From: an uncultured Thermoproteaceae archaeon
Lineage (GTDB): Archaea; Thermoproteota; Thermoprotei; Thermoproteales; Thermocladiaceae
DNA: 19,328 nt
Direction: 5' to 3'
Assembly (NCBI GenBank): GCA_964575955.1
Contig: CAZNTG010000005.1
Span: forward strand, 1-19,328
Shown piece by piece: positions 1 through 7,513 of the stretch (its first letter is position 1; every line of letters starts with the position of its first letter). Position numbers and translations under genes: made by a program. The notes beneath the pieces are model-generated. The model saw only the letters and a list, made by a program, of their open reading frames with translations. It was not told the origin of the DNA and searched no databases.

Positions 1-141
1 GAAGTGTTTGTATATGTTTGATAGTGTTTTGAATGCGTTTTCTCCTTCTTCTATTTCTTCACCACAAACCTTACACTTAGAACCTTCAACATACTCCTCA
101 CGCAAAACCTTAGCAATCTTAGACCAAACAACACGACCCAT
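1..141 (-). CDS. Small Zn-finger (C2H2-like) protein, N-terminal part; runs off the window start
   Basis: Not in the ORF track. Manual translation from ATG at 141: MGRVVWSKIAKVLREEYVEGSKCKVCGEEIEEGENAFKTLSNIYKHF..., open to base 1. CxxC followed by a helix ending in His. An AT-rich TATA-like run (atatatatt) lies about 30-40 nt upstream. Confidence 0.65.
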   Translation of the reverse strand, partial: MGRVVWSKIAKVLREEYVEGSKCKVCGEEIEEGENAFKTLSNIYKHF

Positions 142-286
142 ATGCGATCTCCGAAGCTTGACATACACTAGAGATATATATTGAGATCGTGTAAAACAGG
201 AATTATACATGTCAGGACTTCATTACAGGATTATCTAGTTGTAGTACATGGCGTAAACGCTAATTAACTCTTCAACAAGTATAGTA

Positions 287-345
287 GTAGGGATGATTTG
301 TGACATGCCAGCTGACATGTGATGATTCCTGGGGTAGATGACCTA
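287..345 (+). ncRNA. Candidate archaeal box C/D methylation-guide sRNA
   Basis: Box order and spacing are typical: C-like GGGATGA (290-296), 15-nt guide, D' CTGA (312-315), C' GTGATGA (319-325), 12-nt guide TTCCTGGGGTAG (326-337), D-like ATGA (338-341). The D guide pairs (with G-U) to the recalled conserved 23S motif CUACCCCGGGGAU. A TATA-like TAATTAAC lies at 261-268. C and D boxes are each one mismatch from consensus. Confidence 0.6.
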
Positions 346-1169
346 TGAAGAAGGTGTTCTTAGTAGCATATGACGGTACTAGATTTGAAGGATTTATAGG
401 ATCTAAAAATTCGGTATTTGAATATCTCATTAATGCATTTAGAAAAGTGCTTAATGAAGATATTGAAGATATATCATATTCATCTAGAACAGATCCTGGA
501 GTTTCAGCATTAAAAAATGTTATATGTTTTAAAACATCAAAATCTATAAATCTTGGAGAAGTTAATAGTATACTACCTCAATATTTGAAAATATGGGCTA
601 TAGCAGATGTTGATGATAGTTTCTCAGCTAGAAATGCTATTGAGAGAATATACATCTACTTAAAACCGTATGAAGGAGAAGATATAGAACTTATGAGAGA
701 AGCTTCAAAAATGTTTATTGGAATTCACGACTTTTCAAATTTCATGATTATGGATGAAGATTCAAATCCTATAACTCAAATATATAGTATAGATGTAGAT
801 ATTAGAGATGGATTTATAATATTTAGATTTTCAGGTAAAGGTTTTAGAAATAAGATGATTAGAAAAATTGTATGGACATTAACAATGGTTGGCAAGAGAT
901 TACTCGATATTGATTATGTTAGAAAACTTATTAATGTTGAAATTAGGAGAACTGTACCATCTGCACCTCCTGAAGGATTAATTCTTGTAGATGTTAAGTA
1001 TGGTGTAGATATAAAATTTAAGATTTATGAAAGAGCTTTATATGAATTTCTTAACTATCTTAGAGAGAGATATTTAAGAATGTTCTCTCTCACACTCTCA
1101 TACTCATACATGATCGGTGTAGTATCTTCTAGATTAGTCATGCAATACTTCCTTAATAAACCTTTATAA
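345..1169 (+). CDS. truA: tRNA pseudouridine(38-40) synthase TruA
   Basis: N-terminal AYDGTRFEG, catalytic SRTDPGVSA (RTD), FSAR, GIHDFSNF, F..KMIRKIV, APPEGLILVDVKY: the TruA motif set. Confidence 0.95.
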   Translation: MKKVFLVAYDGTRFEGFIGSKNSVFEYLINAFRKVLNEDIEDISYSSRTDPGVSALKNVICFKTSKSINLGEVNSILPQYLKIWAIADVDDSFSARNAIERIYIYLKPYEGEDIELMREASKMFIGIHDFSNFMIMDEDSNPITQIYSIDVDIRDGFIIFRFSGKGFRNKMIRKIVWTLTMVGKRLLDIDYVRKLINVEIRRTVPSAPPEGLILVDVKYGVDIKFKIYERALYEFLNYLRERYLRMFSLTLSYSYMIGVVSSRLVMQYFLNKPL

Positions 1170-1202
1170 GATCGATAAGACATTATAGTTAGGGGACTAA
1201 TC

Positions 1203-1892
1203 GTGACAAATTATTACATAGACTATCTAGTGCGTAGAGATTTTGATAAAAAGAAAATATATGACATGTTTAGAATGGTTTTAGAGCAGATGAATATACC
1301 TATTGAAGATTCTTTCGAACTTGACTTCTTGGCTAGATGTGCTCAATCAGACTATATGCACTACGTGTTCTCTAAGATGGGATATTATAAGAGGTTGAAA
1401 TTTAACGAAACTGAAGCTAGAAAGAAGATTTGTGAAAAGATTTTGAAAAATGAGGCTGCAGTTCTAAATCATGTACGTTCTTGGTCTGAGTGGTGGTATG
1501 TTAAGTGGAGACAGAGAGTTCGTATTGTCTTTGATACAGGTTCAAAACAAGAATCTTCAAATACTGATATGAAACCTGCAGAAGATCTAGTATCTAAACT
1601 TAGGAAGGAAGTATTAAACTACTATAAACGTCTAGCAATTAACGCACTTGTAGAACAGGGTGAGATATGTAGTCTTGAAGTTATGGGTGATTATATGGTT
1701 AAGAATGTTGCACTTTCACTAATAGGTAGGTATGGTAGAGATAAGGCATTTTCAATAATGGCTATAAGACCTGATATTGTTAAGATTGAGCTTGTTAAAA
1801 AGGCTGTTGAAATATCACGTTCATCACAGCCATATGTGATACTTAAGGTTAAGGTAAATACAAAAAATTCTGATACAGAATATCCACTATAG
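1203..1892 (+). CDS. Hypothetical protein (229 aa), mostly helical, with a Trp-rich WSEWWYVKWRQRV motif
   Basis: Long ORF with host-like codon usage, GTG start, filling the gap between truA and convergent trpE. No family recognised. Confidence 0.8.
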   Translation: MTNYYIDYLVRRDFDKKKIYDMFRMVLEQMNIPIEDSFELDFLARCAQSDYMHYVFSKMGYYKRLKFNETEARKKICEKILKNEAAVLNHVRSWSEWWYVKWRQRVRIVFDTGSKQESSNTDMKPAEDLVSKLRKEVLNYYKRLAINALVEQGEICSLEVMGDYMVKNVALSLIGRYGRDKAFSIMAIRPDIVKIELVKKAVEISRSSQPYVILKVKVNTKNSDTEYPL

Positions 1893-1893
1893 T

Positions 1894-3192
1894 TTAACCA
1901 TATCTAACTCTGCTATTAGCATTATTTAACAGTACTTCTTTAAGAGCTTCAAGTTTATGCTCAGTCTCCAGATATTCTAGGTACGGTTTTGAATCTGCAA
2001 CAATTCCTGCACCTGCCCTTATTGTAAGTTTATTACTATTCACTATCGCTGTCCTTATAATTATTGCAAATTCTCCAAACTTTCTATAAGCAAGACCAAT
2101 AGCACCTGCATATGGTTCTCTAGCCTTTCTCTCAAATTCAAATATTAGCTCCATAGCTCTTGGCTTAGGTGCACCAGATACTGTCCCTGCTGGAAATGTT
2201 GCCCAAAGTGCGTCAACAATATCCATACCTGGTAGAAGCATACCTTCAACCCTACTAACTAGATGCTGTACATGACTATACTTCTCTATTATGAATAGTT
2301 GTGTAACCTTCACAGTACCAAATCTACAAATCTTACCGAGATCATTACGAGCTAGATCTACAAGCATTATATGTTCAGCTCTATCCTTCTCACTTCTCAA
2401 CAACTCATCTTCAAGAATTATATCCTCTTTCTCACTCCTACCTCTAGGTCTAGTTCCTGCAATTGGATGTGTCTCTACTCTATGATTATCAACTTTAACA
2501 AGAAGTTCAGGACTTGTACCAACTATATACCTATTTTTAAACTTGCAAAAGTACATGTATGGTGAAGGATTTAGATTTCTAAGATTTTCATACATTGATA
2601 TTAAGTCTCCACTAATTTCATATGTTATCCATCTAGAGATAACTATTTGAAATATCTCACCTTGATATATCTTCTCAAGAGATTTCTCAACCCAATCCTC
2701 ATAAACCTCTCTATCAACCTTCTCCAATTCTTCAAGAATATTTACATTTCCTCTCTCAAATACCTCAATCTTCCTAGGTATGTCAACATTAGTGTAGACT
2801 CTTCCAAGTATATGATCGTAAATGACAACATACTTAGGTATTACTAACTCTATTAAAGGCCATTTACCCCAATCATACACGTAGTCCTTCAAGTATGGTT
2901 CTATGAGTGTACATGCTTCATATGAGAGATATCCAACAGCTAGCTTTTCCTGTGGTGGTTCTGAATCACATTTAGATATAAAATCTTTCAATCTAGTCTT
3001 AGCATCTGAAGTATCATCATGGTAGTGTACATATCTATCACGTTGACCCCAGAATAGAAATGTGTATCTTGCACGTTCATGATATCCTTGCCTACTTTCA
3101 AGTAGTATAACATCATCTTCATCACATTCCTGTACTAGATATCTGAGAAAATCTATTGGATTTGGAACTTCTTTTATAGATAGTTTCTTCAT
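1894..3192 (-). CDS. trpE: Anthranilate synthase component I
   Basis: LLES and NPSPYM (Trp feedback site), [59 protein letters not shown]. Coupled to trpF by an ATGA overlap (3189-3192) with a GGTGA SD-like site upstream. Confidence 0.95.
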   Translation of the reverse strand: MKKLSIKEVPNPIDFLRYLVQECDEDDVILLESRQGYHERARYTFLFWGQRDRYVHYHDDTSDAKTRLKDFISKCDSEPPQEKLAVGYLSYEACTLIEPYLKDYVYDWGKWPLIELVIPKYVVIYDHILGRVYTNVDIPRKIEVFERGNVNILEELEKVDREVYEDWVEKSLEKIYQGEIFQIVISRWITYEISGDLISMYENLRNLNPSPYMYFCKFKNRYIVGTSPELLVKVDNHRVETHPIAGTRPRGRSEKEDIILEDELLRSEKDRAEHIMLVDLARNDLGKICRFGTVKVTQLFIIEKYSHVQHLVSRVEGMLLPGMDIVDALWATFPAGTVSGAPKPRAMELIFEFERKAREPYAGAIGLAYRKFGEFAIIIRTAIVNSNKLTIRAGAGIVADSKPYLEYLETEHKLEALKEVLLNNANSRVRYG

Positions 3193-3836
3193 AATTTTCT
3201 CACCTTACTAGCAAGTTTTTCTATTTTAATTCCAGATTTTACTCCAGGATATTCTTCAACACTACTTGAAACATCTATTAAATATGGTCTATATCTTAGT
3301 ATAAATTCTACATTATCAATATCTATACCTCCAGCAATTCCAGCTTTATCACAAATTCTACATATCTTACTTACAAGTTTTAGAGGTATCTTAAGGTTAA
3401 ATTCTAGTTTAATATTAAGCTTCTTATCTGAGTCTAGTAGTATATATTCACACTTATCATAATACTTCTCAACTATGTATTCCACAGCTCTTATACACTC
3501 TTCCTCATTTCCTCTATATACTACTACAGGTGCTATCTTCATATTATACATATCTGCAGTTTCCACAGCTTTCTCTAACATGTGAGTTGTGTGGTATTGA
3601 ATTATTGGAAATTCTAATTCATGAGCTATATCTATACCTTCTAGAGAAGATATAACAGCTACAGGCTTTGCATACTTTACATTTTCTAACAATATTTTAG
3701 CTAGACCTCTACTAACCTTACGTGGACTCTCTATATTTGGATCTACTATAATTCCAATATAATCTGCAAGTTTTCTACTATCAATATATTCTAAATCTTC
3801 TAGTCTAGTTATACCACAAATCTTTAGTTTAACCAT
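3189..3836 (-). CDS. trpF: N-(5'-phosphoribosyl)anthranilate isomerase
   Basis: KICGITRLED, SPRKVS, IQYH, LLDS, AGGIDIDNV, DVSSSVEEYPGVKS; lies between trpD and trpE. Confidence 0.93.
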   Translation of the reverse strand: MVKLKICGITRLEDLEYIDSRKLADYIGIIVDPNIESPRKVSRGLAKILLENVKYAKPVAVISSLEGIDIAHELEFPIIQYHTTHMLEKAVETADMYNMKIAPVVVYRGNEEECIRAVEYIVEKYYDKCEYILLDSDKKLNIKLEFNLKIPLKLVSKICRICDKAGIAGGIDIDNVEFILRYRPYLIDVSSSVEEYPGVKSGIKIEKLASKVRKL

Positions 3837-3838
3837 AT

Positions 3839-4900
3839 CTACACCTTCCTACTCATATCTACAATATTGTATATATGTTTTATTAAATCATCTTCATAAG
3901 TTATCTCTTTAGCAAGTTCAACACCATCCTTAAGATCATTCACAACATCAGCAACATAGAGTGCTGCTGCAGTATTTGCTAAAATAAATTCATATATAGG
4001 TCCACGTTTTTCTTCTAATGCTTTTAAAAACTTTCTAACACTTTCTTCAGAATCTCTAACCATGACATCTTCAATTTTCCATTTATTAAGACCCAGATCT
4101 TCAACATCTATTGAATATTCTTCGATTTTTCCATTATCTAACTCTACTATGTATGTTCTACCAAATACAGATATCTCATCTATACCTGGATCACCATGAA
4201 TAACTAGAACCTTCTTCTTACCTAGCCTATTCAATGCATTACAAATTTTGTACATTATTTCTCTATTTGAAACACCGATAACCTGTCTCTTAACATTTCC
4301 CGGGTTTGATAGTGGTCCAACTATGTTGAATATTGTTCTAATTCCAAGCTTTTTACGTATATGCATCACATTTCTCATCAATGGATGGTATATTGGTGCA
4401 AATAGGAATGAGAATTTTGTAGATTTTAACAATCTTAATGCTTGTTCTGGATTTAGATATATGTTAAATCCAAGTTTTTCTAAAAAATCTGCACTACCTG
4501 ATGAACTACTTACAGATCTATTACCATGCTTTAACACGTATACACCGTCTACATATGATGCTAATAGACCTGATATTGTTGAAACATTAATAGTGCGATA
4601 ACCATCACCCCCAGTACCTGCAGTATCTATTGGATCTAGACCATCTACATCAATCTTAACACAGGAATCTAACATAGCTCTAACAAATCCAATAATCTCA
4701 GACTCAGACTCACCCTTAACTCTCAAACCAACTAGAAGTCCCGCTACATATACATCATCTAACTCTCCATTAAGGATAGACAAGGCAACTCTATACATAA
4801 CATCTTCAGGAACCTCTTTTCGCTCAACAATCATGTTCATAACAATCCTACATAAATCTTGATTAGACATCTCTGACACATCTAGACCATGTAAAATCAT
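3839..4900 (-). CDS. trpD: Anthranilate phosphoribosyltransferase
   Basis: DTAGTGGDG, NVST, KHGNRSVSSSSGSAD, FLFAPIYHP, RTIFNIVGPLSNP, GIDE motifs. Confidence 0.96.
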   Translation of the reverse strand: MILHGLDVSEMSNQDLCRIVMNMIVERKEVPEDVMYRVALSILNGELDDVYVAGLLVGLRVKGESESEIIGFVRAMLDSCVKIDVDGLDPIDTAGTGGDGYRTINVSTISGLLASYVDGVYVLKHGNRSVSSSSGSADFLEKLGFNIYLNPEQALRLLKSTKFSFLFAPIYHPLMRNVMHIRKKLGIRTIFNIVGPLSNPGNVKRQVIGVSNREIMYKICNALNRLGKKKVLVIHGDPGIDEISVFGRTYIVELDNGKIEEYSIDVEDLGLNKWKIEDVMVRDSEESVRKFLKALEEKRGPIYEFILANTAAALYVADVVNDLKDGVELAKEITYEDDLIKHIYNIVDMSRKV

Positions 4901-4992
4901 ATTAAAGCATTACTCCAGAATAATCTAAACAATGTACAAAAAATAGAAGAGCAAAAAAGTACATATACAAGCGATAAACAACAGAAAAACAT
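4897..4992 (-). CDS. Putative 31-aa upstream/leader peptide of the trp cluster (MFFCCLSLVYVLFCSSIFCTLFRLFWSNALI)
   Basis: Manual translation; below the ORF-track cutoff. ATG at 4992, TGA at 4899-4897 overlapping the trpD ATG (ATGA). Could be a chance ORF in T-rich DNA. Confidence 0.3.
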   Translation of the reverse strand: MFFCCLSLVYVLFCSSIFCTLFRLFWSNALI

Positions 4993-5000
4993 GTAGACTA

Positions 5001-5020
5001 GAAAAGAAACTCTTAAAAAA
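5001..5020 (+). promoter_or_regulatory. BRE/TATA-like promoter of tRNA-Leu(TAG), possibly bidirectional with the trp cluster
   Basis: Purine-rich GAAAAGAAAC followed by CTTAAAAA (5012-5019), about 30 nt upstream of the mature tRNA 5' end. Confidence 0.55.
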
Positions 5021-5047
5021 CCGTACGAAAATAGCTCACTAAAGATA

Positions 5048-5135
5048 GCGGGGGTGCCCGAGCCTGGCCAAAGGGGGCGGGTTTAGGTCCCGCTGGCGTA
5101 GGCCTGCGTGGGTTCAAATCCCACCCCCCGCACCA
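5048..5135 (+). tRNA. tRNA-Leu(TAG), intronless, CCA encoded
   Basis: Acceptor GCGGGGG/CCCCCGC + A-CCA; anticodon arm GCGGG-TT TAG GT-CCCGC (anticodon 5084-5086); long variable arm; T arm GTGGG-TTCAAAT-CCCAC; 88 nt. Confidence 0.97.
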
Positions 5136-5201
5136 AGACAATTACTCTAATTAATTCCGTGACATAATACACCGACCAGAACCATCAGTGGTAGAGATAT
5201 A

Positions 5202-5220
5202 GAAACAAAAAACAAACGAA
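5202..5220 (-). terminator. Candidate oligo-T terminator of the polyproline gene
   Basis: Minus strand reads TTCGTTTGTTTTTTGTTTC about 30-50 nt after the stop at 5251; oligo-T tracts are the usual archaeal intrinsic terminators. Confidence 0.4.
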
Positions 5221-5250
5221 TTTAGTTTAAAAGTCCGTCACCACGTCTAT

Positions 5251-6348
5251 TTACACTATCATGATACCTATCATAAGCATGTTGTAACCTAATGGTATGC
5301 TATAGGCACAAATCGACATTAGAGTTAGGGCTAGCTGTACAACGCTTACTTTTGTTATCACATTATTCTTAACATTTTCCCTAATATTTTCAGCAACATT
5401 ACTATACTTGTTATGTACGGACGGTAGAGATGACGGTTTTTGTGGTTTAGGCGGTGGTGGTGGGGGTGGTGGAGGCGGAGGTGGAGGAGGTCGTATAGTT
5501 GTCTTAGTCACGTATTCTGCACTCACCGTTAAATATTGTGGTAGCTTGAGTGAAAGAGATACTATCTGTTCATTGTTGGTAGTTAATAGACTTCCATATA
5601 TATTCCAAGGTGTGTTTATATGGGCAAATGTTATTTGAGCCAAAGGCGAAAATACGTATTTCACGATATTGCTTGAGAAAGTGCCATTAATAATGCATGC
5701 TTTACCTCCACATCTGCCATACCTCTCTATGAAAAGTACTACTTTCCTTATCCTATGTTTCATATATTTTGCAACCTTGAGAAGCGTTTGTACAATATAC
5801 TTATTATGTATCGATGTACATATATGTAGGCTACGTCTTGATGCTACCTTTTCAACTCTGTGTAATCCGTGTATGTTTATGACATACTCAGCATATTCTT
5901 TACCTATTGTTATGCAGATTCTAGCACTTGTTAATATTTTCGAAACTCTCGCAGTTAACTTTACTCTACTTAATGTTGTGTTTATACCTACTATTATAGT
6001 GTTTGTACTTTTTATTAAACTTCCCAATACGTAATAACTTAGATGTATCTTGTCTACGCTTATAGTGCAGTAGAGCGTGCCGGGCATATCCGCACATAAA
6101 TACTTTATACCGTGCAACTGTAGTGTTAAGGTGCTATATATGTTGTTTCCACTTTTACTAATAACACTCTCTTTAAACAGAGTTATTGTATTAGGCCTAT
6201 TTGCAGGTCCCGGTGGAGGTGGTGGTGGGGGTGGTGGAGGTGGTGGGGGCGGGGGTGGAGGAGGCGGTGCTAGGACTATAGGCAATGTTACCATTAACGC
6301 ACATAGCAGTATTATGACAAGCGTATTTCTAGCTGATTTTAAGCTCAC
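5251..6348 (-). CDS. Predicted secreted/membrane-anchored protein with two polyproline tracts (P19 and P14)
   Basis: Signal-like N-terminus (MSLKSARN + hydrophobic TLVIILLCALMVTLPIVLA), P19, a ~240-aa beta-rich basic domain, P14, then a C-terminal hydrophobic segment. GTG start with BRE/TATA-like GAAAAGAATAAATA about 25-35 nt upstream. Confidence 0.8.
   Translation of the reverse strand: MSLKSARNTLVIILLCALMVTLPIVLAPPPPPPPPPPPPPPPPPPPGPANRPNTITLFKESVISKSGNNIYSTLTLQLHGIKYLCADMPGTLYCTISVDKIHLSYYVLGSLIKSTNTIIVGINTTLSRVKLTARVSKILTSARICITIGKEYAEYVINIHGLHRVEKVASRRSLHICTSIHNKYIVQTLLKVAKYMKHRIRKVVLFIERYGRCGGKACIINGTFSSNIVKYVFSPLAQITFAHINTPWNIYGSLLTTNNEQIVSLSLKLPQYLTVSAEYVTKTTIRPPPPPPPPPPPPPPKPQKPSSLPSVHNKYSNVAENIRENVKNNVITKVSVVQLALTLMSICAYSIPLGYNMLMIGIMIV
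5449..5490. repeat. (NGG)14 trinucleotide tract encoding Pro14
   Basis: 14 consecutive NGG triplets on + (CCN codons on -), with mixed third positions. Confidence 0.95.
6211..6267. repeat. (NGG)19 trinucleotide tract encoding Pro19
   Basis: 19 consecutive NGG triplets on +; all four Pro codons are used. Confidence 0.95.
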
Positions 6349-6399
6349 GTAATGAATTGAGCATATTTTAGTATTTATTCTTTTCTAGTCGACCTAACT

Positions 6400-6416
6400 A
6401 AAGCAAAGTATATAAA
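6400..6416 (+). promoter_or_regulatory. BRE/TATA promoter of rps3-rpl29-rnp1
   Basis: AAAGCAAAG + TATATAAA (6409-6416), about 20-25 nt before the GTG at 6435, suggesting a leaderless or very short-leader mRNA. Confidence 0.55.
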
Positions 6417-6434
6417 TGTTATATAGACAGAGAG

Positions 6435-7133
6435 GTGGGACCTACCCTGTCTACTGGAGGTAAGAGAATTCCTGTTTATAAGAAGATAATTCAGGAAAAT
6501 ATAAAGAAGTGGATGATTAAGGAGTTCCTAGAGTATAAACTTGCAAAGATTGGATATATAGATTGTGATATCTTGAGAAGTCCTCTAGGTACTAGAATTA
6601 TAATATATGCTGAGAGACCTAGCAGAATTATAGGTAGGAAAGGTCAAAATGTTAAAGAGTTACAAAACTTATTAGCCACTAAGTTCGGTATTGAAAATCC
6701 AACGATAGATGTTGCACCACCAAAAGAGAGACCTGAATACTATGCTAAGGTTATAGCTAATAGAATTGCATGGGCTATGGCTAAAGGTGTGAAATTTAGA
6801 AGAGCCGCAATTATAGCTATAAGACAGCTTGTTGAAGCTGGTGTTAGAGGTGTTGAAATTACTATTAGTGGAAAATTGACAAGTGAGAGAGCTAGATTTG
6901 AAAAATTTGTATATGGAACAATATACAAGTGTGGTCATGATGCAAAGACAAAAGTAGACAAGTATATAGCACATGTATTACTCAAACCTGGAATGTATGG
7001 TATAGAGGTAAGATTACTGCCACCAAGAAGATTAAGTGATGAATTCATAATAAAGACACCAGAGCAAGTAAAACCAGAAGAAAAACCTGTACAAGTACAG
7101 GAAGTTCAAGAAGTAGAGAAGAAGAGTGAGTAA
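6435..7133 (+). CDS. rps3: 30S ribosomal protein S3 (uS3)
   Basis: SPLGTRIIIYAERPSRIIGRKG (KH domain), FRRAA, GVRGVEITISGKLTSERAR, LKPGMYGIEVRL. Confidence 0.97.
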   Translation: MGPTLSTGGKRIPVYKKIIQENIKKWMIKEFLEYKLAKIGYIDCDILRSPLGTRIIIYAERPSRIIGRKGQNVKELQNLLATKFGIENPTIDVAPPKERPEYYAKVIANRIAWAMAKGVKFRRAAIIAIRQLVEAGVRGVEITISGKLTSERARFEKFVYGTIYKCGHDAKTKVDKYIAHVLLKPGMYGIEVRLLPPRRLSDEFIIKTPEQVKPEEKPVQVQEVQEVEKKSE

Positions 7134-7135
7134 GT

Positions 7136-7513
7136 ATGAGAAAGCAGAAGCTCTCAGCTAAAGTTCTAAGATCAATGTCAAGAGAAGAGAGACTTAAACT
7201 ACTCGAACAACTTAGAGCAGAATTACTCAAGCTAAGATCACAGAAGGAGAGAGGTGTTGTAGAAAATCCAGGAAGAATTAGAGCTGTTAGAAAAGCTATA
7301 GCTAGAATATTAACAATCGAGAGAGAAGAGGAAGTTAAAGAGAAAATACTAAACTTCCTATCATCAAATAAAGGAAAAGCATTTACAATAGAAGAAATAT
7401 CAGAGAGAATAAACGAGCCAAAGATAGACTTCATAAAACACATAATAATGAGACTTATTAGAGAAGGTAAGGTTACGAAGGTAGGTATTAGAAAATTTGC
7501 AATCAAGACATAG
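7136..7513 (+). CDS. rpl29: 50S ribosomal protein L29 (uL29) with a C-terminal winged-helix extension
   Basis: Residues 1-65: LRSMSREE...L..LRAELLKLR...ENPGRIRAVRKAIARILT (uL29 signature), directly after rps3. Residues ~66-125 are extra. Confidence 0.92.
   Translation: MRKQKLSAKVLRSMSREERLKLLEQLRAELLKLRSQKERGVVENPGRIRAVRKAIARILTIEREEEVKEKILNFLSSNKGKAFTIEEISERINEPKIDFIKHIIMRLIREGKVTKVGIRKFAIKT

Noticed and set aside
207-320. 9-bp inverted repeat ACATGTCAG (207-215) / CTGACATGT (312-320)
   Set aside because: It is short, partly self-palindromic, and has no target-site duplication or transposase; the right copy is explained by the D' box region of the sRNA.
1470-1530. Trp-codon cluster next to the trp genes as an attenuator
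   Set aside because: It lies mid-gene, on the opposite strand and downstream of the trp unit, so it cannot act as a leader.
1894-3192. PabB (aminodeoxychorismate synthase) instead of TrpE
   Set aside because: LLES/NPSPYM Trp-binding motifs and coupling to trpF and trpD favour TrpE.
5449-6267. G-rich tracts as a CRISPR array, phase-variable SSR or dedicated G-quadruplex element
   Set aside because: There is no repeat-spacer structure; the triplet tracts are codon-mixed and fully explained by Pro coding. G4 potential would be incidental.
5408-6352. Poly-glycine ORFs on the + strand (5408-5638, 6077-6352) and ORF 5669-6034
   Set aside because: These are antisense shadows of the polyproline gene, which has a coherent signal-domain-anchor layout.
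7331-7513. L29 extension as a true Z-alpha (Z-DNA/Z-RNA-binding) domain
   Set aside because: The overall wHTH pattern is similar, but the diagnostic Asn/Tyr in helix 3 and the wing Trp are absent; called a generic wHTH only.
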